Below are positions 1 to 12,519 of a stretch of 64,000 nucleotides of DNA, piece by piece (position 1 is the stretch's first letter; each line of letters begins with the position of its first letter). The notes beneath the pieces are model-generated. The model was not told where the DNA came from, ran no database searches, and saw only the letters and a program-made list of their open reading frames with translations. The translations under genes and the position numbers were made by a program. This DNA comes from Octopus vulgaris (lineage: Eukaryota): NCBI GenBank assembly GCA_951406725.2, contig OX597818.1:95542001-95606000 (forward strand), written 5' to 3'.

Positions 1-221
1 GATTCTTCAAGCTGAGCCAAATGGCAAGAAATCTAGTAGCAGACCAAGAAGGAGATGGTTAGATAATATCTGGTCTCAGTTGGTCATGCTTGTGAATCCA
101 GCTGGAAAGTGTAAAGATGGTTGCTTTTGATAGGACCCTAGGGAGGTGGTGCCTGAGGACTCTACTGCAAAAACCCTCCCAAGAATAGTGGACAGTAAAG
201 ATGGATGGATGGATGGATGGA
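1..221 (+). mobile_element. LINE 3' end with (GGAT)n tail
   Basis: ILQAEPNGKKSSSRPRRRWLDNI matches the G.R..GRPR.RW.D motif of LINE RT C-termini. Confidence 0.65.
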
Positions 222-2664
222 TATAGAACTGTCATTTGGCTGAGACAATTGTCAGCTTTCCCTTGCAACATTTTTTTCATATCATCATCATTTTTATATC
301 CACTTTCCCGTGCTTGCATGGGGCAGAGAGAATTCAGTGAGGTAGACTCTGACAATCATATCATGGAATCTACATTTTCACTGCCACTTACAACAGTGGT
401 TTATACCACTTGAGATAATTACCTGGAGTTAGTGCAGTGACAGGATACCACGGAGCGCTCAGTGAATAATTCAGTACTCTACCCATTTAGCTATATATGC
501 AATTATTTATTTACTAAAGGAAAAAAAACTAATAAGTATGGATACATTTGATATACACCTTCCACCCCCTCTACTTGTAATCAGAAAAAATATTTGGCCC
601 AATGTTAAACAAAAGGACTTTTTTCTCTCCATATATTATCAGCATTTAAATGTATTTTATACATTATTGTCACCAATAACTATTTTAGCTACCAGTACAA
701 ACTATTATGATTACTAACGACAATTATAGCCACAAATAATGACTACAGCTACAAATAACTACTCCTGCTACTAACAATTACTACAGCCATCAATATTGAC
801 TATTATAGACATTAGCCAGTGAGGGAACCACTACTGGTTGCATAGCCTGCTAGACATAACAGTCAAATCTTCCCCAAACCACACTGTGCATCTTAATGTT
901 GTCCTGAATACACAATCATCATCATCATTTAATGTCCATTGTCCATGTTGGCATGGACTGGACGGTTTGAATAGGCTAGCACATTGGAAGACTACACCAG
1001 ACTCCAGTTTGATTTGGCATGGTTTTCTAGGGCTGGATGCCCTTCCTAATGCCAACCACTCCGAGAGTGTAATGGGTGCATTTACGTGCCACCAGCACAG
1101 GTGTCATTTGCGTGACACCAGGGTGTGTTTATGTGCTACCAGCAAGGGTGCCAATTTGTGTGACACCGGTATCTGACATGACTGCAATTTTGCTTTACTT
1201 GATGGGTCTTCTTCTCAAGTACAACATAATGCCAAAGGTCTTGGTCAGAAACAAAGGACAAAATAGCAATGCTGAAATGTCTTTAATCATAGGACTTCTT
1301 CATAAGGGCTGACCAAGTGAAACAACAACAAAATTATAGACATTATTAACTACTACAGTTATCAATACCAACTATTATAGTTACCTAAACTAAATATTAT
1401 TGTACTAAGCATTATATCAATCTATAGCTATTATAACCAATGATAACTACACTAGCCATCATGAGCCAACAAGAAATCCTTATATAGTTGCACAACTACC
1501 TAGAAATAAGAGGTAAATATCCATCAAACCATGCCCTTCCACTTCCAATTATGAAATTACACATTGGATATTTTTATCCAGTTGTACACTATTCCCAAAA
1601 ATAAAATGGAATGGATATACCTCAAATACCTTTGATCTTTGGTATGTACAATCAAGCATGAATTTGGATCATTGTTGTGCCACCAATATTAACTATTGTA
1701 TAGCTACCAATATTAACTATTATTGTCACCAATATCCAAACACAATAGCTTTGTTATGTACCTATAAGAATAAATATATTTCTGCTGTGTTTCCTTTTTT
1801 ATATAGTTTAGGCATAACTTGTGAGCATGACTATGATTTAGTAGCATGTACTTCACTTTTGCTAATTGTTTTAGATACTTATGTAGTTGCAAGTCTTAGA
1901 TACTTATGTAGTAGGTACTTATGTAGTTGCATAGACATCTTTTTGGTTGCTTCACTCCTTGTTCAGCTGAACATCAAGGATGTGAGAGAGAGAGAGAGCT
2001 GCACCAGCACTAGGTTGGTACTCATTTTCAGATGAGTAAACAAGGGTAGCATGAAATGAAGAACTTTGCTCAAGGACACAATGTATGATTCAGTCTAGGA
2101 ATTGAAATCAGAATCTTATAATCATAAGCCCAACATTCAAACCATTGAGCCATGCACATTCTTTTTTATATAATCCTCTACTCATCTACCAGTTAGCATA
2201 TTCAATAAACACATCATCATTGTTTAATATCAGACAGAATTTGAGGTAGATTTTCTACAGCAAGATGCCCTTCCTGCTGCCCACCTCACCTGTAATGTTT
2301 ATCATGGTGAAACATATCTTTCACAGATAACTGGAAATGAACAAAACGCACATTTACAACCATCACACGGTGCCAAGAGAAGGGGACACAGAAGCATCAG
2401 TTTCCATTGACCAAATCCATTCACAAAACTTTGGTTATCTCAGGAATAATAGTGCTGCATAGTGGGACTGAACTCAAGACCATGTGGTTGGGAAGTAAGC
2501 TTCTTAACTACACATCCACACCTGCCCCTATTCATCCTATTCATGGATCACAGATTTGATATCAAACTATCATACTTACAAAGCAAAAGTTTTGAAAATA
2601 AAAATGAACACAATTTTTTTATTCAAATTAATAACCATTGATAAGAAATCATGGTTAGACATAC

Positions 2665-2717
2665 AAGCTTCAAAAATTTTTCAATATCAGAGTATACATA
2701 GAATTGCTGAAACAAAT
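2665..2717 (-). CDS. Candidate 53-nt internal exon of the minus-strand gene
   Basis: Acceptor ttgttttatccAG, donor GTATGT; only the phase-1 frame is open: (x)LFQQFYVYSDIEKFLKL; entry phase compatible with the 19707 exon. Confidence 0.4.
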
Positions 2718-3439
2718 CTGGATAAAACAAAGGCACCTAACTTTTTTGGATGATGGTGGTGGTGTAGTTGTTGACATGGCTAAGGAATGCATTTTTTTGA
2801 TAATGATAGAAAGACTAGAAATAGCTACAGGTACAGATCTGTCATATCAAAAATGACTGTTAAATCTATGATGACAAAGATGATGATGGTGATGAGAAAT
2901 GAAATCACCAACAGCAGAAATGGTTTATGGTCTAGTTTTATTGAGAGTTTTAAACTTTTTTTTTTTTGCTATATGGTGATACAGAATGGACCAATTACTG
3001 GAACACCATCACTCCATCAAAGCTGACCCCTGGCTTGTCTCTTACTTATTTGGGTTAACAAACGATTTCACATGTTAGTATCCTGCTTAGCTCATTTCAC
3101 CAATTTCTCTCTCTCCCTTTCTCGTACCCATTGTTAAAAGTGTGTTCATAATAATTAAGAAAAGGAGAAAGATCCAATCCTATGAGAGGGCGAGAGATAT
3201 AAAGAGAATGAGAAAGAATGAACAGGACAAGGAACAAAGAGAGAAAAGAAAAAGTAGTTGACACTTAAGACTTCCGGTATGGCAATTGCTGAAGTGCTAA
3301 ACCACTTAGAGACAGACACAAAGTTTACTACGCCTGCATTAGAAGTTACCAATTCAACACTGGTAGATTTTAAGGGCTCTGCCTTCCTCTAAGAATTTAT
3401 GTAAAACACACACACACATACATACATGAGAAAGTAGTC

Positions 3440-4075
3440 TTTGTATGTAGAAGATGCGCAGAAGCAATAAACACCAAGGACACATAGGAAATATTTTTTC
3501 TCAAGAGCCCAGGAGGCACTCTCAATGTAGGAGTTGGTTTCTGTTACCTAGGCAATGGAGGTGGATGTTCTGAAAGTATAGTTGCTAGAATAAGAATAGT
3601 TTGGAGTAAGTTCAGAGAACTATTACCACTGTTGATAACAAAAGCTCTCTCTCACTCTCTCTTTCTCTCCCACTCAGAGTCAAAGGCAGATTGTATGATG
3701 CTTGTGTATGACCAGCAATGGTACATGGCAGTGAGACATGGGCCCTGAATGCAGGGGACATGCAAAGACCAGAAAGGAATGAAGTTGATATGTAACATCA
3801 ATGTACATGTATGGCAAAGAGCAAATGTGTTGAGAGAAAAGTTGGGCATGAGAGGAATTAGATGTAGAGCACAAGAGAGTGATGCATATGGATGAGGACA
3901 GCTGTATAAAGCAGTGCCAATTATTGAAAAAAGTGGATGGAACTTGTGGAAGAGAGAGATCCAGGAAGATGTGAGATGAAGGCTGATCTCAAGGTATGAC
4001 AGAAGACTAAGATGATTGGTCATCTGTTGTGCTTGAGAAGTCCCAACTACCACAGTAAAAGTGAGGTTATAAAAG
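3440..4075 (+). mobile_element. RTE-like LINE 3' fragment
   Basis: LRVKGRLYDACV*PAMVHGSETWAL; same family as 24221-25940. Confidence 0.75.
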
Positions 4076-4736
4076 TATCATGCTTATGCCTTTACATGAC
4101 AGGCCCTGTACCTATATCTGCCTATGTAAAGTATTTCCTCACATCTCACCTTTCTAACACCCATCCCTTTTAACCATGGCACTACCCAGCTGCTGTAATC
4201 ATTTTACAGTAGAATCAGCACTTATATCATCCTCATCTCTTGCATTAATAGTCACCTTCTTCTTCCCAAGGGAACCATTTCCTTTTTAAACTCCATCCTC
4301 CATTCTCATAATCATCCCTGCATCTTCCACCAATTCTTTCAGATTCTCATAACTTCCATCTTTTTTTTTATCTTAATTCCACCTTTCCTTTCATTTTCTC
4401 AGATCCTTCCCCACTTTCTCCCATACATTTCTCTTACTGCACTAAAAAGACATAAATTCTGTTCAATGTTCCCTCTAAGCTGTGTGAATGTACTACTGTG
4501 CAGTTGCCATATTAGTGCAGCACACAGTAAAATGCTGCTTGCTTTGTTTCACAAATTACAATTATTTTTGCCACTGTAAATTTCTATCATTTCCTAAAAA
4601 TAAAGAGTTGAAACACCTTCCCATTTCATTTGATGGCTATTTCTGCAAGTAATCAAACGTCAACAATAGACAGTGGTCATAACTTTTTTAAAGATGCTTT
4701 TTTTCTCAACTGATTTTACGTGAGGCAACATATTAT

Positions 4737-4958
4737 GTCTCTTGATACCAACCCACCCAAAAGTACCCCAAGTTCTATAATACAAACTTCCTGTTTTAAA
4801 GTAGCCTAAATTAAAATTACCCATTTCCCCATTTAGATTCCATGTTAAATTACATTCCAAACACCATTTTAATAAGGACAGAGTTACTCTTCATTAATTT
4901 CAAAATTGATTGAAATGAAGAATGTATTTCATTAGAAATACAGTAAGGAAAGGGTTAA
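4737..4958. mobile_element. TTAA-type (piggyBac-like) MITE
   Basis: Ends in aaagggttaa; related pieces at 28511 and 59240-60025. Confidence 0.6.
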
Positions 4959-5237
4959 GATGAAATTTGTTAAAATGCTAAACAGAAAGCGAGAAGAAAC
5001 CAGGATATCTAAAAAATGGAAAGCTTGCTCTAATTTTAAGCAAGAAGAGCTTTCAAATATGCTAGAACAGAATTACTTTCATTTGCATAAAAAAAAAAAC
5101 ATACACAGAAGGTAACATCAGGAAATGTTTCTAAATATCAAAATGCAGGAGATGTTATCTGCACCATTTATGCTGAAGCAAAAATTCAAGATAAATTTAC
5201 CACAAGGAAGGAATAGTAAGAATGGACATTGGAATAT

Positions 5238-5464
5238 TTAACCCTTTAGCATTTAAACCAGTCACATCCAGCCCAAATATTCCACCTGTTTTATGTTCAA
5301 ACTAGTTAGATCTGGTCCCTTACACCAACCCTATAATGTCATTCTAAAAATAAACAATCACATCACTGAAATAGCAAAGCTACAAGAAAATGCCAGATTA
5401 ATTCAAAACAATGTGAATAAAAAGCATTATATTTGACAGAGTAACTTGAATATTAAAGAGATAA
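5238..5464. mobile_element. TTAA-type (piggyBac-like) MITE
   Basis: ttaaccctttagcatt...aatattaaagagataa termini; second copy at 62360-62584. Confidence 0.75.
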
Positions 5465-7103
5465 AATAACATCTCAACCACAACAGTTATTTGGATGCTT
5501 TCACCTGAAGAAGCTATTTTGAGAACGTTCAAAAATCTAGAAGAGAACGAGACACTTGGAAGAGGCCTAGTGCAGATATGGTTAACATTCTTGCTAAAGC
5601 TTATCTAGCAGTTAAACTTATTATTTCAATACATTCTATTCCTCATCATTGTTTTAGTATCCAGTTTTTCATTCTTGCATGGGCCAGATAAAGTTTATGG
5701 CAACTGCTTTTCTATAGCTGGAAGCCCTTCTTGCCACCAACTCTCACCTGTTTCGAAGCAAGGCAATATTTCCCCATGGCCAGACAAGTTTACATAGAAG
5801 ATTGGAAATAAATGACACTGCTTGTGTAAGAGTGACACTCTTTTACAGCAATCATGCAATGTCAAGACAAGGAGACACGCACAAACACATTATATACTTT
5901 ATATATTATGGGCTTCTTTCAGTTTCCATCCTCCAAATCTATTTACAAGGCTTTGGTTGGCCCAAGGTTATAGCAGAAAACACTTGCCCAAGACGCCACA
6001 CAATGGGGCTGAACCCAAAACCATGTGGTTGGGAAGCAAACTTCTTAACTACACAGCCACGTCTGCACCTGTTCAAGAAACTAATTTACACTTTAACAAA
6101 GATGTAAATATTCCTGGAAGTTGGTGTAACAAGAACTATGCGTTTGAATTTGTTAAATGAATCAGTATTGCTGTTGAAAAAGAAGTAATGGATGAGTTTA
6201 GAATATCTGTTTGTCACAGGCTGATTGTTGATGAAAATACTGATACATTACCAGCCATAAAATGTTAATATATTATAACAAATACAAACCACAAAATGAA
6301 ATCTGTTGTAAGACTGTGCTAGCTGATATTTTGAAGTTAACAGCTCTTTATTGCCATCACAGCATAGTAATGGCAATAAAGAATTTTTACATCTACAACA
6401 AACTTGACCTTCAAAAGATGATGATGTTAACAGATGGAGCGTGACTTACACAGAGGAAAAAATAATCAATTAAAAGGAAATGAAGGAACAGAGCTGAGGT
6501 GTCTTAAATGAACTGATGAGAATTACAAGAAACGTTTCTTCTCAATGCGAAATAAATCTAGACAAAGTGTACAGTTACTGGTTTGCCAATAAAGACAAGC
6601 AGAAGGAAATTTGTTATTCTTAAACACAAATATACAATTAGATTTTCTGATGTGTTAAATTTTATCTTTAAACTTGTACACCATAAGATCCATAAATCAT
6701 TCGCATCAGATATTCTGCTCATTTTATTGTTTCAGTGGCAGTGCTTTTCCTTTAGTATCTGTTGTTTGGTATGCACATATACATATACACATACATTTAC
6801 ATATACATACATATATGTGTGTATGTACATATATACATGTGTGTGTCTTTTATTTGTTTCACTCGTTAGTCTACGGCCATGCTGGGGCACTACCTTGAAG
6901 CATTTTTAGTCAAATGAATCAATCCCAGTACTTATTTTTTTTTAGACCTGGTACTTAATCAATCAGTGTCTTTTGCCAAGCTGCTAAGTTAAGGGCACAT
7001 AAACAACAACACTGGTTGTCAAGCAGTGGTAAGGGACATCCTCATGCACATACACACACACACACACATATGTATGTAACAACAAATTGTTCCATTCTCA
7101 ACC

Positions 7104-7149
7104 AAAACTGTCTGATGAACAGGAATGTAAAACTCTGAGTAACAGTTTT
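7104..7149 (+). ncRNA. Minimal type I hammerhead ribozyme, G12A variant
   Basis: aaaactgt-CTGATGA-aca(ggaa)tgt-AAAA-ctctgag-TA-acagtttt; 8-bp stem I, GNRA-capped stem II, near-palindromic stem III. Confidence 0.75.
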
Positions 7150-7170
7150 CAATATATATGTATGTATGTG

Positions 7171-7318
<148 letters not shown>

Positions 7319-7344
7319 ATATTATATATATATATATATTATAT

Positions 7345-7800
7345 TGATAAAACGGTAAGATAACAAAAGAAAGAAAGAGACCTCAATATTATGTAAATAG
7401 AGGAAATTTATCTATACAATATGTTCAGCTTAGACCTTACCACATGTCTAAATACAAGGACAGAGCTTTTCGGATCAAGCCCACATGTGACTAAATTCCT
7501 GTTACGTTTTTGGTCCCCTAAAAAAAACCGGATAGAACATGCTTTCTGTGTTATGTCCCAAGAAGATTTTATATATTTTTTTAATATATTTTTATGTATT
7601 TTTATATAATTTTTATGACGAAAAATGCGAGCGATGTATAAGTACGCAGGCAAAGCAGAGTTACAACAGAGTATTTCCCTTCATTTTTAACGGTATTTTT
7701 TCATATAAATATAACCGAAGAGATGGTGTTGTGGATTTCCACTTCGGCATCTGAAACTCAGAGTTTTATCTTGACTACCGAGTAATGTAACATATTGTAT
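7345..7800 (+). mobile_element. Penelope-like element 3' end in (TA)n
   Basis: CLNTRTELFGSSPHVTKFLL resembles the PLE GIY-YIG C-terminus (LN.R.EL...C.H..KFLL), followed by a hammerhead; flanked by (TA)n. Confidence 0.65.
7711..7769 (+). ncRNA. Degenerate hammerhead motif at a PLE 3' end
   Basis: ataa-CCGAAGA-gatg..gtgga/tccac..catct-GAAA-ctcagag-TT-ttat; U4C change in the core. Confidence 0.6.
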
Positions 7801-7809
7801 AGATATATA

Positions 7810-7900
<91 letters not shown>

Positions 7901-7904
<4 letters not shown>

Positions 7905-8160
7905 AAATACAAAATGAGACAAGAATGCAAAACATTCGGACAACTAGGTGATACAAAAAGAGACAACAAAACATCCAGATAGACGATACAAAAAAACAAG
8001 GACAGGTCTTTCGAAGCTTTTTATCCTCAGTCAAGAACCGGATCATCCTCGCAATTTTGGCTGATTAATCTTGAGATTGCTCCAATCTGGCCAGCTCCAA
8101 GGAAAAACTAAGCTAAGAGCATTAGATCCCTTGGAAAAAAGCAACAAGTGTTTATGAAAT
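7901..8160. repeat. (TA)n-associated interspersed repeat, copy 1
   Basis: Shares aaaatacaaaatg.gacaagaa and cagtcaagaaccggatcatcctcgcaattt.ggctgattaatcttgagat with 54595-54990. Confidence 0.75.
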
Positions 8161-8431
8161 TTCGAATGGAAACAGGTTGCTCTTTCACAGGGATGTATTT
8201 CATCCAAGCGTACACTGGTTTATCTCTATATCGATTGATTTTCCTGGAATTTAATAATTCCTGTTAGTACTAGTGTTTATTGATGGTTCTTCTTCGACAT
8301 TAGTGCTTAACACTTATAAAGTTCCAGTTGTCGTTGTAGATGTTTTCATCTATCCAATATAGAACACAATTTAATAATATAATATAAAGAAAATCGAGTG
8401 TGTGAACACAGAAATAATTTATTTATATAAT

Positions 8432-8545
8432 AGTCAATTTCATGCCGCCTACGCACGTTTCAATTCCCACCTTCATTCAAATTTTACAATTAAAATTGCA
8501 TTATGAATTTAAAAGGTAAAAATCTCTTCAGGGCATAATTGGCAT
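8432..8545 (-). ncRNA. Type I hammerhead ribozyme, intact core
   Basis: Minus strand gcc-CTGAAGA-gatttttaccttt...gaaggtgggaatt-GAAA-cgtgcg-TA-ggc; 13-bp base of stem II including G-U pairs; GUA cleavage triplet. Confidence 0.8.
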
Positions 8546-8760
8546 ATATATATCAATATGAATGACTATATATGAATCGGTGGCACGTAAAAGCACCCAC
8601 TACACTCACGGAGTGGTTGGCGTTAGGAAGGGCATCCAGCCGTAGAAACATTGCCAGATCAGACTGGGCCTGGTGCAGCCTTCTGGCTTCCCAGACCCTA
8701 GTTGAACCGTCCAACCCATGCTAGCAAGGAAAGCGGATGCTAAACGATGATGATGATGAT

Positions 8761-8871
8761 GTCAATTTTGCCCTGAAAAGATTTTTACCTCTTAAATTCA
8801 TAATGGAATTTTAATTATAAGATATGGATAAAGGTGGGAATTGAAACATGTGTAGGCAACAAGAAATTGAC
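8761..8871 (+). ncRNA. Type I hammerhead ribozyme, core-mutated copy (CTGAAAA)
   Basis: gtcaattttgcc-CTGAAAA-gatttttacct...aggtgggaatt-GAAA-catgtg-TA-ggcaacaagaaattgac; extended bulged stem I; inverted homolog of 8432-8545. Confidence 0.75.
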
Positions 8872-8945
8872 TATTATGTAAATAAATTGAATTTTTTTTT
8901 TGTGTTCACACTCTCCACTTCCTTCATATTATATTATATTTTATA

Positions 8946-8995
<50 letters not shown>

Positions 8996-8998
<3 letters not shown>

Positions 8999-9864
8999 GG
9001 GGTGCGGTGGTTAATTGTTGCTATTTTATAGTTTTAATTTTGCACATGCACAGTTATTTTTTATTTGTCGACTACACAGTATAATAGGGTCAGTTGGGCA
9101 CTATCTTTAAGAAAAACAGCACCATGATGCAATTCACTCTGCCAGAAATTTGAAAATGACATGCTGTACTGCTTGGTATTTGCGCCGGAAGCTCCAATAC
9201 AAACATATGGTGAACACACAGAACCGTATCCCCAAAACATGTACCAAGAGTGATAAAACTCAAACAACCAGTCAACATCGTGGTGTTTGGTGTGATCACT
9301 AGTGATGGCAACATTATGATGCCATTCATCTTCTCACACAGCCTGAGACACAACATAGAGGTCTACATTAAATACCCGGAGGAGGTAATGCTGCATTGGG
9401 TCAGAGGATGGCTGCTGGAAGACCTTATGTCTGGCAACAGGACTCTGAACCATGCCTCACAAGCAGGAGAACCCATTCATAGCTGTCAGACAATTTCTGT
9501 AACCACATCAATCCTAACATTTGGCCACCTAACTCCCCAGACTGCAACCCCCTTGATTATTATATGTGGAGACAGTTGAGCAAGAGACCAACAAACCTCC
9601 TTGTAACACCAACGATGACCTGAAGGCAAGGATTGTGGCAGCATTCACCAACTTAAACAAGGAGACTATCCAGAAGAGTTGCAGGAAATTCCGAAGTTGT
9701 CTGGAAGTCGTGGTGGAAGCCAATGGTGATTTTATTAAATAAATTTACTCTTTAGTATTTCTAGATATTTTTATGTAATTTTGGTAAATATATCTGTTAA
9801 CATGAGATGTCAGTGTCATTTTCATTTTTGCATTATTTAGACAATATATTCACCATACCATGTA
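8996..9864 (+). mobile_element. IS630-Tc1-mariner superfamily fossil (maT-like)
   Basis: VVFGVITSDG, WQQDS and WPPNSPDCNPLDY motifs; TA-flanked degenerate TIRs. Confidence 0.8.
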
Positions 9865-10049
9865 TACATACACACGACAGGCTCCTTTCAGTTTCCCGAA
9901 TCTACTCAGAAGACTTTGGTGAGCCCAAGGCTATAGTAGAAAGACACTTGCCCAAGGTATGATACAATAGGACTGAACCCAGAACTATGTGGTTGGGAAG
10001 CAAACTTCTTACCTTTGCTTCTGTGTGTGTGTGTGTGGAGGGGGGGTGG

Positions 10050-11160
10050 TTATTGCAGATGGCACTTCCCATCTACTTATACAAATTTCACGTCCCTTAT
10101 CATCAGACTGGGCATGAAATGCTTTTCATCTTTTCAAAGTTGGAGTACCTTTGCAATTAAGAAATAGATACCCATTGCATCAAATTGGGTAAATCTACAG
10201 TTCCTTTTTGTCTGAGACTTTCTTGAATTATTGTTGTCAAAATCTGGTTTGTGGTCTTAACATGATACAAGGGTGGGAGCATAAAGCTCAGGATTTTAAT
10301 CTATCATTAATCCCTAGTTCTATGACTATGTCCCTGAGCTCCAGATAATTGGGAATTATAGATATTCAGGTTTGCATTTTTATTAGTGCTTGTGATGCTA
10401 TTAGACACGAGTCTGTTGTACATTATGTGGTCTACTCTGCACAGTTTGTTTGTTGTATAATAAAAGACATGAAACATATCATTGCTAGGAAAAATTTTTA
10501 TGCTCCTCCTCACTTTGTTTTGAAATTTATTATAAATATCTTTAATTTTCACACGTTTGGTAAGCTTAAACAAGTCAAACTTAAAAAGGTCCAAGTATTT
10601 ATTTGAAAAATTTTCCTTGTGAGCACCTGATGCTCTATTATTGAAGAAGTATGCCTTCCATCTCATTATTCTCACAAAGTGTCTCATTTTTACAAATGGT
10701 GCGCCACGTAAAAGCGCCCGAGTGACACCATGTAAAAGTGCCCATGTAGTGCCACATAAAAGCACCCAGCATACTCTGTAAAGTGGTTGGTGTTAGGAAG
10801 GGCATCCAGCAGTAGAAACCATGCCAAATCAGACTGGAGTCTGACGTAGCTCCCCAGCTCTGGTCACACCATCCAACCCATGCCAGCATGGACAATGGAT
10901 GTTAAATGATGATGATGATGATGATCGTATTTTTTTAAGAATATGCTAATATTTTTGGTGAGAAATCTTAAGAGATACTTCTCCATATACAGCTGTGCAA
11001 GTGATTCTCGCTACAGTGGGATTCAGTAAATATTTATAGTTTATGTAGGTATAAGGCAAAATATTCCAAACAGTACTCAGTGTGGAGGAGCAAGAGTTTG
11101 TTTATGGCTATCACATCTAGTTATTTGTATTTCACCTTCTTGTTCATCAAACTGAATGTA
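10050..11160 (-). mobile_element. Penelope-like element fossil, N-terminal/pre-RT region
   Basis: ...RIMRWKAYFF...FQNKV...YNRLVSNSITST and a downstream DHKPDF motif; interrupted by a SINE at 10698-10925. Confidence 0.75.
11112..11160 (-). ncRNA. Degenerate minimal hammerhead at a PLE 5' end
   Basis: Minus strand tacattcagt-TTGATGA-ac(aagaag)gt-GAAA-tacaaa-TA-actagatgtg; about 10-bp stem I; same strand as, and upstream of, the PLE ORF remnant. Confidence 0.5.
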
Positions 11161-11214
11161 TACACACATCACTTAACATCCGGCTTCTATGCTGGCATGG
11201 GTTGGTATTGAATC

Positions 11215-11915
11215 ACAAGCAGGGTAACAGAGAAAGTAGACTTTGTACATGGTTTATGAACAGGAACAATAAACACTAAAAACACACAGGGGAATAAATT
11301 TTCTTGAATGCCCAAAAGGATCTCTAGTGGTAGTAGATAGCTTATTTTATCTAGGGGACCCAATTATTAGGGGAGAATGTTTTGAAAATACTGTAGCCAG
11401 AATGAAAAACAAAGTGAAGGAAGTTCAGAAAGTTATTACCATGTTTGTAAGTGGTGGCTTCTCCCCTGGAGTATAAGACAGGCTACATAATGCTTGTATG
11501 TGAACTGCAACTGAACATGGTAATGGGACATGGGCTCTGAATGCAGAGGACTTGCAAAGACTAATAAGAAATGAAGCACATCCAACATGTTCTATTGGGT
11601 ATGCAATGTCAGTGTGCATGATTGGCGATCTACAAATGTGTGAGAGAAAAACTGGGTGTAGGAGAAATCCGATGTAGTGTGCAAGAGAGAAGTCTGCATT
11701 GGTATGGTCATGAGATGTATGTGGATGAAAGCAGCTTTACAAAGTGCCATTCACTTAATGTGAATGGAACCTGTATAAGAGGGAGACTCAGGAAGATGTG
11801 GGAGAAAGCAGTGAAGGTCAATCTCAAAATGTTAAGCCTCATGGAGGAGATGACAAGAGAGCAAAATGTACTCAAAAAGACCTGCACGTCACAGCAAAAT
11901 TAAGGTCCTATAGCA
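11215..11915 (+). mobile_element. RTE-like LINE 3' fragment
   Basis: VREKLGVGEIRCSVQERSLHWYGH..RGRLRKMW. Confidence 0.8.
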
Positions 11916-12211
11916 CACACACATACACACGTCTTGTTTCTGAGCCCCATAGCCTTTATTTTGGTTGTATATTTACATTTATACCTGAGTCATATTTGTT
12001 TTCATCACTGTCCTCCACATTTGCACATTATTCCCAGCAGCTTTTCGCTGTTGACACCCGCAAAAATGAACAATACTTTCATTAAAGGAGAGAAATTGTA
12101 ATGATTTTTTAGATGATAACTGACAAGGAAAGAGCATGTCCATGTCTTATGAGTGAATTTTCTGTGTGTTCCTTTGTCATGCTTGTTTAATTTTTGAAAC
12201 TCATATATATA

Positions 12212-12506
12212 TTGTTGTTTGTTCCTTCTCGAGCCACGCCTGGGTCATAAGGACCAGTTTCCCAGTTTCGTTGGCGTATAGGTTCCCCACCTGGATGGGA
12301 TGCCAGTCCGTCGCAGGTGAGCTGCAAGATGCAGGAGGAAAGAGTGAGAGAAAGAGTCAGCAGAAGTTCACCATTACCTTCTGCTGGAGTCACAAGGAGC
12401 TTAGGTGTTTCGCTCATAAACACACACATCGCCTAGTCTGAGATTCAAACCCACAATCCCTTGACCGCGAGTCTGCTGCTCTAACCACTAGGCCATGTGC
12501 CTCCAC
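12212..12506 (-). mobile_element. tRNA-derived SINE with (AAC)n tail
   Basis: Minus strand tggcctagtggttagagc A box and gggtttgaatc B box. Confidence 0.75.
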
Positions 12507-12519
12507 ATATATATATATA

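Larger units (their letters stand above)
4464..6640 (+). mobile_element. hAT transposon fossil (ZNF862-like transposase) with nested insertions
   Basis: TIR-like CAATGTTCCCTCTAAG; VICTIYAEAK..EWTLEYL(K); LIVDENTD; LDLQKMMMLTDGA (first two catalytic Asp regions); NELMRI..LDKVYSYW C-terminus. Confidence 0.75.

Noticed and set aside
3155-3390. Open frames on both strands, with EGRALKIY reminiscent of carboxypeptidase
   Set aside because: That frame stops immediately, there is no good donor, and the order is wrong relative to the 2.7-kb exon
12440-12506. tRNA-like A/B boxes
   Set aside because: SINE head without a complete cloverleaf
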